From: Octopus sinensis
Taxonomy: Eukaryota
NCBI RefSeq assembly: GCF_006345805.1
Contig: NW_021832153.1
Location: forward strand, 1 to 31,724
DNA: 31,724 nucleotides
Direction: 5' to 3'
The notes under the pieces were generated by a model, which was not told where the DNA came from, searched no databases, and worked only from the letters and a program-made list of their open reading frames with translations. A program made the position numbers and the translations under genes. Below are positions 1 to 10,261 of the stretch, in pieces; positions within the stretch are counted from its first letter, which is position 1; the number at the start of each line of letters is the position of its first letter.

Positions 1-1
1 T

Positions 2-198
2 TCCCGTGACACAATGGAGGAGTGCATATGGTGGTCGATTCTTCCAGGAACCACAATTTTCAGCGATGTGAGGAGGGTGTACATTCACATTCCTGAAATT
101 GCTGGTTATAATTTTGATCATTGAACTCTGAAGCACAACGTTGGGTTGATTAGTTCGAAAGATGGTACCCACACAAAACAAGTGGAGAACACGTTCGC
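2..198 (+). pseudogene. Merlin (IS1595/ISXO2-like) DDE transposase fragment
   Basis: Frame from base 2 reads SRDTMEECIWWSILPGTTIFSDVRRVYIHIPEIAGYNFDH*TLKHNVGLISSKDGTHTKQVENTF. This matches the ILPGTTIxSDxWxAY...GYxHxTVNH...GxHTxxIE pattern of Merlin/IS1595 transposases as recalled. It has one internal stop and runs off the window edge. Confidence 0.7.
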
Positions 199-215
199 AA
201 TATTGACATTATTGT

Positions 216-611
216 GGCGGTGAGCTGGCAGAAACGTTAGAACGCCAGGCGAAATGCGTAGCCGTATTTCGTCTGCCGTTACGTTCTGAGTTCAAATTCC
301 GCCGAGGTCGACTTTGCCTTTCATCCTTTCGGGATCGATAAATTAAGTACCAGTTACGCACTGGGGTCGATATAATTGACTTAATCCGTTTATCTGTCCT
401 TGTTTGTCCTCTCTGTGTTTAGCCCCTTGTGGGTAGTAAAGAAATAGGTATTTCGTTTGTCTTTACGTTCAGAGTTCAAATTCCCCGGAGGTCTAATTTG
501 CCTTTCATCCTTTCGGGGTCGATAAATTAAGTACGAATTGCGTACTGAGGTCGATCTAATCGACTGCTTCCCTCCCCCAAAATTTCGGGCCTTGTGCCTA
601 GAGTAGAAAAG
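216..611 (+). mobile_element. tRNA-derived SINE, family A, dimeric form with 17-bp target-site duplication
   Basis: A-box-like TGGCAGAAACG and B-box-like GAGTTCAAATTCC are present, and the core GCCTTTCATCCTTTCGGGRTCGATAAATTAAGTAC occurs twice. AATATTGACATTATTGT is repeated exactly at 199-215 and 612-628. Confidence 0.9.
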
Positions 612-864
612 AATATTGACATTATTGTTTTGTCGTCTTACGATAGCAATCGCACGCAAAAATGACAGCTTCCAAATCATTTCTCCTCATTGGTTAAAAA
701 TGATCAAACTTGAAACCTCTATAACTATTTAATTTGTTTTTCGGGAACAAATGAATTCGAACCTGAGATTCAGCATGAAAAACTACATCAATAAACTAAA
801 TTTGAAAACTTTCACTAAACTTTAAAATTTCAAAAAGTGCAATCAAACTGAAAAGATCCACAGT

Positions 865-1436
865 TTACTCAAAATAGCTGCACTCAGCTAGCACCAAAGC
901 CTCAAAATAGCTCTGGAACCTGATGCATGCGTTCCTCACTGTGTGCCTGAGAATATTTTCAAACACCTTGTTGATCTTGGCCGCCAGCTCCGCCTTGGGG
1001 TTGCGCAGAGTGTGGTGAGGTTTTTTTTTCAGCAATTGCCCGCTATGCATAGCAACCTATGCGATTACAATCGAGAGATTATGGCTGGTCAGGTACAGAT
1101 ACTATGCCAACCACATCTGATTCTTTCTGGAGGTATGGCCAGAATCCAGATTCTGCTGTGACACACATGGCCTTCCAGCTGTAACCCTCACCAGCCAGGT
1201 TTTGACCACAGTCTCCAGCAGCTTCACAAAGCTTTCTGAATTGAGCCTAAGGCTCCGTTCAAAACTTTGGAGCGGCAGGACGTCATCCACCCGAGAGCCA
1301 CACACGCAGAGAGTATCACAGTTTGGGGAAACTTCGTTTTCATAACGTCGATGTCACATGTTTCGTACTTAACAGTGTTCGGAGAGTACTGAGCAATAGT
1401 TATAATGTCGGCATTTTGATAGCAGACGAGAATCAT
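865..1436 (-). pseudogene. Decayed Tc1/mariner (maT-like) transposase
   Basis: Fragments across frames: DVMKTKFPQTV, SLRLNSESFVKLLETVVKTWLVRVTAGRPCVSQQ, DCN, VRNACIRFQSYFEALVLAECSYFE*. There are multiple frameshifts and stops. Confidence 0.8.
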
Positions 1437-1714
1437 CTGAATACAGGTAACTCTTTCCCAATTGTCTAGTCCTCCTTGTCTGTTAACTTTTTCTCAGTTA
1501 CAACATTAAAACTTTATCTTCTCTAACGCCATTGATTGTTCACCAATACATCAAACTGTTCCTGAGACAAAAGGTGACATAAAATATCGTCAAATTTTGC
1601 CCGAACACTCTGCATACATTTATATATATTCGTCTCTACAAATGTATGATTACATATATACATAAGTATATATATGTATACACTTCTATTTATACATATT
1701 TACAAATATATGAG

Positions 1715-1719
1715 TATAT

Positions 1720-1815
<96 letters not shown>

Positions 1816-1929
1816 TATATACATATATACACCATGTACATATATAAGCATGTGTACTGTTTCATTATTGTAACATTTATATAGAGACACGCATATATGT
1901 ATTGTGTGTATAAACACACAGACAAACAC

Positions 1930-1993
<64 letters not shown>

Positions 1994-1995
1994 AT
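1715..1995. repeat. (TA)n / (TG)n microsatellites
   Basis: Two long TA tracts are directly visible. Confidence 0.95.
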
Positions 1996-2104
1996 TTATA
2001 CACACACTATGTAAGACTAATTCGATAAATAACTCGTAACGGAGCTTAGAAGTCACCCTAGCTTAAAATCAGTGAAGAAAGAAACAGAAATAAATTAGTT
2101 TAAC

Positions 2105-2167
2105 GGTTGTTGTCGCTATTGTTACAGCTGGGGTTGTTTTTCCTGCTGTTGCTTTTGTTGTTGTTGG

Positions 2168-2199
<32 letters not shown>

Positions 2200-2343
2200 C
2201 TATTGTTGTTGCTGTTGTTTTTGTTATTGCTGGTTGTGGTGGTGGTGGTTGGAGATTATAATGGGGAGTTGATTATGGTAGTGGTTATGATGGTGGTGTT
2301 AGTGTTGAGATAGTGGTGGCGTTAATTGTGGCAGCGGTATTGT

Positions 2344-2389
<46 letters not shown>

Positions 2390-2400
2390 GATAATGATGA
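2105..2400. repeat. (TTG/CTG/GTG)n and (GAT)n microsatellites
   Basis: Directly visible; explains the poly-Leu ORF. Confidence 0.95.
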
Positions 2401-2532
2401 TTGTAATACTGAATTTATCGCTCAACTATATCTATGGTGTGGTTGTCTATTCTTTATTGTGATGAGGAAACTTGATATTGACTTATGATTTGTTAACGGC
2501 AGAAACAGTAATATTAGACCCACAGAGAAAAA

Positions 2533-2632
2533 GCGGCGAGCTGACAGAATCGTTAGTTCGCCGGGGGAAATGTTTAGCGGTATTCTGGTCTTCCTTTACG
2601 CTCTGAAATTCAAATTTGGCTGTGGTCAGACT
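2533..2632 (+). mobile_element. SINE family A head fragment
   Basis: GGCGAGCTGACAGAATCGTTAG...GAAATTCAAATT aligns with the head of the 216-611 copy. Confidence 0.75.
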
Positions 2633-2691
2633 GTGACTAGAGGGGATTGTTACTGGAAGGTTATATATTGACGGAGTAGAATTCGGGCTCT

Positions 2692-2981
2692 TACCATGCC
2701 TTCGGAAAGTGTCAGAAGTGGTTGTTAGAGAATTTCTACCCCTTCACCAGCTTCAGTTTCTGGCTTCCTTCTTCTCCCAGTTGAGATCCCACGAATTACA
2801 ATGTGCAGAGTCCGGTGAGAAATACACTAACTGCTTAGTCTTAAATACCAAGGCCGACCTGGTGACCAACTTGAAGGAGGTGTTCGAAGATCATCCCAAG
2901 AACAAAGTGAGAAACACATGCGCAAGGTTCCGGAGCCGTCTTGAAGCCCTGGTGGAAGTTGTGGGTGGCTACATTAAGTAA
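2692..2981 (+). pseudogene. maT-like Tc1/mariner transposase C-terminal remnant
   Basis: CHAFGKCQKWLLENFYPFTSFSFWLPSSPS (decayed WPPxSPD motif), then KVRNTCARFRSRLEALVEVVGGYIK* after a frameshift. Confidence 0.8.
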
Positions 2982-3299
2982 TCCGTTACCTCCCAGCCAT
3001 GATCTAGCTGATATTTTGGGATCTTTTTAAAATACCTTTATTTTTGGATGGAATATTGTGCTTTCTCTTATGTATATCAGGTCATACCATGTCCGATTTT
3101 ACCTTTTTTAAAATTGATTGAAATTTAATAGTATTTTAGAATGTCTAATGGAATTAGAAATTATTTTTATGCATTTGTGTACATTTAGACTAATTAAATA
3201 TTATTTTACAGAATAGAATTAAAATTTCTTTGATTAAAACCCTTTCTAACATGAAGGCACATAATGCTTTATGAATACAAAAAAGGAAACTCTTCTATC

Positions 3300-3720
3300 T
3301 TTTATCTTTTAATTGTTTCAGTAATTTTTGACGGGATCCATTGCTAGAGCACTACATTGAAGAGTTTTAGTCAAACAAATCGATCCAGGACTTATTTTTG
3401 AAAGTGTAGTATTTCTACTTGACTTCTATTTGTCTCCTTTGCCGAACTGCTAGATTACATGGTCGTTAGCACAGCAACACTACTTGTCGATCGGTGGTGC
3501 GGCACAAACACAGACACAAAGACACACACACACATACACAAAAACACATACATTTATATACATAAGGGCTTCTTTCAGTTTCTATCTACCAAATCCACCC
3601 ACAATGCTTTGGTCAGCCTGAGGTTAGAGTAGAAGATATTTGCCCGAGGTTTTACGCAGTGGGACTGAATCTGAGAGCATGTGGTTGAGAAGCAACCATT
3701 TTACCACACAGCTACGCCAT
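3300..3720 (-). mobile_element. tRNA-derived SINE, family B (head + internal microsatellite + body)
   Basis: The minus strand starts ATGGCGTAGCTGTGTGGTAAAATGG...AGATTCAGTCCCACTGC. The same head occurs at 5505-5650, 15722-15875 and 25650-25738. Confidence 0.85.
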
Positions 3721-3835
3721 ATATATATAGTTAATCCAAACATAAAACACATAAAAAAGAGAAAAATAGAAAAACTCAGCAACGCAGGACGTGGAACAAT
3801 TAAAGTATTATTGACGCTCAGGAAAGAAGGAGGAG

Positions 3836-3870
3836 GTTTAACGTTTCGAGCGGAGCTCTTCGTCGGAAAC
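3836..3870 (-). ncRNA. Minimal type I hammerhead ribozyme motif (U4C core variant)
   Basis: Minus strand: GTTT CCGACGA A GAGC TCC GCTC GAAA C GT T AAAC. Helix I is GTTT/AAAC, helix II is GAGC/GCTC, and helix III lies in the palindrome AACGTT. Confidence 0.75.
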
Positions 3871-3955
3871 AAGGAGAAGGAAAGATCCCAAGGAGGGAAG
3901 ACAGAGGAGACAATATTTGAGCTGGTGGTGCTTAAGAGATCACATGTTGAAAGAA

Positions 3956-4123
3956 CGATCCCAGGACTTATGTGTGTGTGTCTTTGTGTCTGTGTTTGTG
4001 TCGCACCACCGATCGACAAGTAGTGTTGGTGTGCTAACGACCATGTAATCTAGCAGTTCGGCAAAGGAGACAAATAGAAGTCAAGTAGAAATACTAGACT
4101 TTCAAAAATAAGTCCTGGGATCG
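3956..4123 (+). repeat. Local inverted duplicate of SINE body 3381-3532, bounded by 16-bp inverted repeats
   Basis: The reverse complement matches 3381-3532 with about 4 differences. CGATCCCAGGACTTAT (3956-3971) is the exact reverse complement of 4108-4123. Confidence 0.85.
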
Positions 4124-4187
4124 ATATATATATATATATATATAGATCATAAATGGTGGGGTTGTGTTGACCGCACGTGGAGAAATG

Positions 4188-4430
4188 ATAAGCAAGAAAA
4201 ATTGTAAAAAGGCAGAATGCTAAATTGAAAGAAAATTAATGAAAATGGGTGTATGGAAAAAGTTTTTGAAAAAATTTTTTGAAAAACCGGTTTGAATTAA
4301 TATATATATATATATATATATTAATATATATATTTTATCAATTTTTTCAAAAACTTTTTCCATACACCCATTTTCATTAAAATTTTCTTTCAATTTAGCA
4401 TTCTGCCTTTTTACAATTTTTCTTGCTTAT
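4188..4430. repeat. Near-perfect ~90-bp inverted repeat around a (TA)n centre
   Basis: 4188-4276 is the reverse complement of 4340-4430 apart from a 2-nt homopolymer length difference. Confidence 0.95.
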
Positions 4431-4527
4431 ATATATATATATATATGGCTATATTCATATAATTATGTATATATGTATATGTATGTTTATCTGTATATAC
4501 GTTTATGTACGCCGCTTGGATGGATGT

Positions 4528-4574
<47 letters not shown>

Positions 4575-4947
4575 TCTGACTGGATGGATGGATGATGGAT
4601 TGATGGATGGACGGACGGACGGACGAACGGATGGATGAGTTAACAGAGCAGAGGCGTTGGGAAATACAGTATTTGTGTATCTGAATATGATTTACGCATT
4701 GAACAATCTTTAGAGAAGCCATACAAATACAAGTACGTCTTTGCCCGACAAATGTCTACAAATAGAAAAGCTTCAGTGAACTATTTGCATCGAAAGTTTA
4801 TTAAACTCTAGCAAGAAATATAGTTCTAAATAACGACTAGAAACGTAACAAGAACAAGTACAAGAATACAAGTAAAGTTGAAGCTAGAGCAAATATTGCA
4901 AAATACGAACTGCGAACATATTTATATTTACACACAATCTTTATTAT

Positions 4948-5059
4948 CAGCAGAACCGCTAGCGCGCCGGACAACGTGCATAGTGGCATTTCGTCCGTCT
5001 GCACGTTCTGCGTTCAAATTCCACAGAAAATTTCAGGCCTTGTGCCTTTAGTAGAAAGG

Positions 5060-5060
<1 letters not shown>
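4948..5060 (+). mobile_element. Internally deleted SINE family A running into (ATT)n
   Basis: The head (...GCGTTCAAATTCC) is joined directly to the tail AAATTTCAGGCCTTGTGCCTTTAGTAGAAAGG. Confidence 0.75.
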
Positions 5061-5340
<280 letters not shown>

Positions 5341-5395
5341 ATTATTTTATTTTCATTTTAATTTTAATCGGTAGAAGTTACAAATTGACCTAACA

Positions 5396-5430
5396 GCCGA
5401 AAAGTTTCGTGCGTCACACTCATCAGCGGC
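5396..5430 (-). ncRNA. Minimal type I hammerhead ribozyme motif with intact core
   Basis: Minus strand: GCCG CTGATGA GTGT GAC GCAC GAAA CTT T T CGGC. Helix I is GCCG/CGGC, helix II is GTGT/GCAC, helix III is 1 bp, and the predicted cut lies between 5400 and 5399. Confidence 0.8.
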
Positions 5431-5504
5431 AAGTGGCATGGACGAAACTCTCTGCCCTAGAGTTTGATTGTATCTTCTGCCGATTAAAAATATTGAAATA
5501 TTTC

Positions 5505-5650
5505 TAGGCGCAGACATAGCTGTGTGGTAAGAAGCTTGCTTCCCAACCACTTGGTTCCAGGTTCAGTCCCACTGCCTAGCACCTTGGGCAAGCGTCTTCT
5601 ACTATAGCCTCAAGCTGACCAAAGCCTTGTGAGTGGATTTAGTAGACGGG
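5505..5650 (+). mobile_element. SINE family B tRNA-like head
   Basis: GGCGCAGACATAGCTGTGTGGTAAGAAGCTTG...GGTTCAGTCCCACTGC...GGGCAAGCGTCTTCTACTATAGCC. Confidence 0.85.
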
Positions 5651-6265
5651 AGCTACGGGTGGTATATGGGGGTTCACATAGTCACCGGATGCTGGTTGGG
5701 TTAGCCTCATACTGGGCTAAAATTTCCAAAGGGTGACGCAAACTCCAAGTGCTACTTCGACCTCCTTGTGGTACCACCTGGATTTAAGCCAAAAAGAGAG
5801 GACGACTGCGGGTGTCTGGTGTAGTATAACCAGGTCGCTCCGAGCAGATGGAGCTTGTTAGCCATGATCAGCATCCTGTCTAGGAGAAGAACACTCCGAT
5901 ATAAAACCTGCCAACCAAATACCTCTGTCATCGTCCCAGGTTACTAGGCCACGACAGATGAACTGTAAATGTAGATGTTGGGGTCAGTTCTGCTCAGACA
6001 GATCTTCACCATAAAACGCCACCACGCAGGCCGAAGGACCTATTCACGTCCACGGCCACTATCACAACTCCCCAAGCCCTGTAACGATGGGAAGAGAGCG
6101 AAAACGGCAAGTGAAATGTGTCACTGGAAGCCGAAGCTCCCAACCTGCATGCAGTCGGTTCGGGACATTCCTCGTCAGGTGTTGTCCCGGAGACGACGAA
6201 ATCACTCGGCAGCATCCACATCGACCAGTCAGCCTCATCTCAGGAGGGCACTGCTTGCTCTTACG
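5651..6265 (+). mobile_element. Possible 5' UTR remnant of an RTE-clade LINE
   Basis: GC-richer island containing GCATCCTGTCTAGGAGAAGAACACTCCGATATAAAACC (5871-5908). This resembles a motif recalled from RTE/Expander 5' UTRs. No coding evidence. Confidence 0.35.
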
Positions 6266-6759
6266 TTTTATTTTCATACACACATTGTTCTATTGTTTAA
6301 GGTGAGGCTACAATTTAATGGCCGAAACTTCACTCGATATCCAACGATTTTAACTGTTATGAATAACGTATCTTCCGCACTAACTATTCGATATAATACA
6401 GTAGCTAAATTACCCCAACCTTATGATTGTCAAGAGGTTATCTGGCCTCACCGGGAAGGTTTGGAAGCTAGGAGGACCGAAAAGTGACCGGACAAATTAA
6501 GATGGTTTTCAACGATTTTTAAAATTGTCAAATAAACTGGAGATTAAGAAAGAAGAATTTCATAACCGAACATTCTACTTCACTGACATATGTTGGGGCT
6601 GGTGATCGGATTTACTGGTGTGGAAATGGTTGTGTTAAACTTTATCTGTGCTACAGTCTATAACAACGCTTGTTGCTCCTCACAGTTGACAAATTTAATT
6701 ATATGTGTTACACAATGAACTTCCTTGTCTCCCTCTGCCTCCCTCTCTTTCTGTGGTAA

Positions 6760-6796
<37 letters not shown>

Positions 6797-6912
6797 GGGT
6801 GGGTGTGTATATGTATACATATGATGAATGAGGTAAAAACGAGAAAAAGCATGAGGAATTAATTATAAGAAAGGTGCTATTAGCATAACGCATGAAACTA
6901 AAAGGAAAAGTA

Positions 6913-6950
6913 TCTTCAACGTTTCGGACGCTAGTCTTTCATCAAGAAAA
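6913..6950 (-). ncRNA. Degenerate minimal hammerhead motif (C3U)
   Basis: Minus strand: TTTTC TTGATGA A AGAC TAGC GTCC GAAA C GT T GAAGA. Helix I has 5 bp including one G-U, helix II has 3 of 4 pairs, and the AACGTT palindrome is the same as at 3836-3870. Confidence 0.65.
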
Positions 6951-7063
6951 AGAAAAGGGAGAAAAAGTGGGTAGGAAAAGAAGAAAAGTATTGTGGCCGG
7001 TTGATATGTAGGTAAGGTATATATATATATGCATTCAAGTACACACCCACACACATGCATATA

Positions 7064-7095
<32 letters not shown>

Positions 7096-7096
7096 C

Positions 7097-7127
<31 letters not shown>

Positions 7128-7154
7128 TGTATGTATGTATTATGTATCTATCTG

Positions 7155-7190
<36 letters not shown>

Positions 7191-7204
7191 CCTATCTATC
7201 TATT

Positions 7205-7300
7205 TACATGTCTATGTATTCTCTCGCCAGTTATTCAATACCTCACTTCCAGCTCAAAGACTTTCCAAATCATTTCTCCACAGAGCAACAACCTTTTGGA
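7205..7300 (+). pseudogene. Possible CR1/L2-type LINE ORF2 C-terminal remnant
   Basis: Translates ...[15 protein letters not shown], similar to the SFFxRxxxxWNxLP motif. The match is short. Confidence 0.4.
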
Positions 7301-7919
7301 ACTCGTTGATTATTGTTACAACATCTGATTGTCCCACCAAAGATTTCTGTCTTGTAGTTCCTGACACTCTCAACATCTGCCGTTCTTCAAATGTTTTAAA
7401 CGTTTTCACACATATGAAGAATTTTTCCAAAGATTTCTACAACTGCTGCCAGTAAACGTTTTCTTTTTCTTTTTTACTTTTATTTGTGTTTTTTTTTAGT
7501 TTCGTTTAATTTTACTTTACACTTTTCTGCTTTAGTCTCAATATGTATGAGCGTTAGTATATGTGTATGCCTGTGCGTGTCTGCATACACAAGCCTGCGC
7601 GAACACACATACACATACACGCATACATACATATATATGTACACGCAAACAAGTACTTTTTTCTTTTATTCTTTTTGGCTTATATTTCAAGTTTGTTTTG
7701 TTTTTCTTTTGGTATATCCCCCCACAACACACACACACACACACGCACACACACACACAGAGAAACACACAACACACAGAAACACACACACACACACAGA
7801 AACACACACACACACCATCCACTTTTTTTATTTCATTTCGGTTGAATTTGAAGACAAACGTTCAACGATAGTTCATACAGATAGCACAAATGAAAGGAGT
7901 TATACTTTTCTTTTTTGCA

Positions 7920-7978
<59 letters not shown>

Positions 7979-8060
7979 TGTCGCTAAGTTGTTTTTCAAT
8001 AACAAATGAAATGTTTTTGCTTTGGGGAGGGGAAAGCAGAAAACGAAAGAAAGAAAAGAC

Positions 8061-8108
<48 letters not shown>

Positions 8109-8199
8109 ATTATTATTATGCTAACCTTTATCATTATTTTATTATTAATATTGTTATCATCATCATCACCATTATTATCATCGTCATCGTTATCATCAT

Positions 8200-8245
<46 letters not shown>

Positions 8246-8724
8246 TTTTTTTTAATATTGATTTTCTCTTATATAGCTGAATCTGTTTTCATTTGCCTCC
8301 AGTTTTGAACAAGAAATTTTCTATATATTGTCTTTTTTCTTCCCGATGTCGTTGTTGTTCTTGTAGCTGATGTTGTTGCTGTGATGTCATAAGGGGTTTT
8401 ATATTCTTTTTACTTGTTCTCTTTTTCTTTTTTTATGTCTTTATTTTTTTTTTTTGCTTATTTTTGCTGATATTGCTTTCTTCATATTTCTTGTTGATGT
8501 CTGCATTGCTGTTGATATTATTGTTATTAATCTTGTTTTTGTTATTGGCATTGTTGCTGTTGCTATTGTTGTTATGGTTGTTGTTGTTGTTAGTTCACCG
8601 TTCGCAGATTTCTGTAGAATTAAAGACACTTGCAGATTCTTTAAGAACTCAGTCTTACTTTTGGACCACTGGGTGTTCTCAATGTTTTAGGAACCTTAGC
8701 AGTTGCAGCGTATCGCATCATGCA

Positions 8725-8813
<89 letters not shown>

Positions 8814-9064
8814 ACATTAAGGATAACCTCTTAATAAGGGATCTTAACAAGAAATTATCGGGTAGTTAGCGTGAAAACCTCATAAAGAAAGAATTCGAAA
8901 ATAATTCTTTTCTTTTGAACAAATTAATTATATCTATATTGTATAGAGGGCATTATTACACATAAATGCCTCACACTAAGAGGGACAAAGTCATTACTAC
9001 CAAAATTATACTAATCATACCTAAATGCAGTTTTTCAAAGCAAGACATTTAAAAAATGAATTTA

Positions 9065-9120
9065 GTTCTGTATCACCGTGATTTCACATTCAACTTACGT
9101 CTTATGATCCTCAGCAGAAC
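9065..9120 (-). ncRNA. Type I hammerhead ribozyme motif, intact core (copy 1)
   Basis: Exact reverse complement of 9639-9694. Confidence 0.85.
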
Positions 9121-9638
9121 TGATTCTGAACACATCATAAATAAACTACCAACCTTACGTAGCGAAGACGGACAGACAACTGCCCACTCCGGCCAAGCAC
9201 ATGGAATGTTTATAAATCATATATCCGGTAAATGGCGGGCTTTTTACGAACTGCATGTCGGGTAATGAAAAGTATTTCGGAATAAGTTTAACAATTAAGG
9301 ATAACCTCTTAATAAGGGATCTTAACAAGAAATTATCGGGTAGTTAGCGTGAAAACCTCATAAAAGAAAAGAATTCGAAAATAATTCTTTTCTTTTGAAC
9401 AAATTAATTATATCTATATTGTATAGAGGGCATTATTACACATAAATGCCTCACACTAATTATCCTTAATTGTTAAACTTATTCCGAAATACTTTTCATT
9501 ACCCGACATGCATTCGTAAAAAGCCCGCCATTACCGGATATATGATTTATAAACATCCATGTGCTTGGCCGGAGTGGGCAGTTGTTGTCCGTCTTCGCTA
9601 CGTAAGGTTGGTAGTTTATTATGATGTGTTCAGAATCA

Positions 9639-9694
9639 GTTCTGCTGAGGATCATAAGACGTAAGTTGAATGTGAAATCACGGTGATACAGAAC
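9639..9694 (+). ncRNA. Type I hammerhead ribozyme motif, intact core (copy 2)
   Basis: GTTCTG CTGAGGA T CAT AA GAC GTAA GTT GA ATG T GAAA TCA CGG TGA T A CAGAAC. Helix I is 6 bp, helix III is 4 bp, helix II is capped by a GNRA loop, and the cut triplet is AUA (after 9688). Pair 10.1-11.1 is U-U. Confidence 0.85.
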
Positions 9695-9822
9695 TAAATT
9701 CTTTTTTAAATGTCATGCTTTGAAAAACTGCTTTAGGTATGATTAGTATAATTTTGGTAGTAATGACTTTGTCCCTCTTAGTGTGAGGCATTTATGTGTA
9801 ATAATGCCCTCTATACAATATA

Positions 9823-9830
9823 TATTATAT

Positions 9831-9873
<43 letters not shown>

Positions 9874-9907
9874 GTATGCATGCATATATGTATGTGTGTA
9901 TCTATAC

Positions 9908-9965
<58 letters not shown>

Positions 9966-10202
9966 ATGTATATATACATCTGTACATATATGTATATATA
10001 ATGTATACATATGTATTACATATGTATGTGTATATATATATGTATATCCATATATATATGTATAATATATATATATATAATTATGTATATATATATATAC
10101 ATATATATATTAATATATATATATATCGATATATTATTATTATATATATATAAATAAATATATAATATATATATATTATATATTAATATATATATAATAA
10201 TA

Positions 10203-10234
<32 letters not shown>

Positions 10235-10257
10235 ATATATATATATACACATATGTA
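9823..10257. repeat. Long degenerate (TA)n tract
   Basis: Directly visible. Confidence 0.95.
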
Positions 10258-10261
10258 TATT

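Larger units (their letters stand above)
8811..9822. mobile_element. Penelope-like pseudo-LTR array: 477-bp unit + partial tandem + inverted copy, embedded in (TA)n
   Basis: 8811-8979 recurs at 9288-9459 (period 477), and 9460-9822 is the reverse complement of about 8935-9304. (TA)n lies on both sides and the unit carries a hammerhead motif. Confidence 0.75.

Noticed and set aside
2011-2042. Minus-strand TTACGAG...CGAATTAGTC near a TA/TG tract
   Set aside because: Too many core changes and no convincing helices.
6033-6057. GAAGGA...TTCACGTC similar to CPEB3/HDV-like ribozymes
   Set aside because: The P3 strands are not complementary and there is no downstream P2 partner.
6070-6095. CCCAAGCCC twister-like word
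   Set aside because: The P2 and P4 helices and pseudoknot partners are absent.
6141-6190. Minus-strand CTGACGA-GGAATGTCCC-GAAC hammerhead look-alike; plus-strand TTCCTCG resembling an HDV L3 loop
   Set aside because: A15.1 is missing and helix I does not pair. For the HDV reading, P3, P1 and P2 cannot be assembled in the required order.
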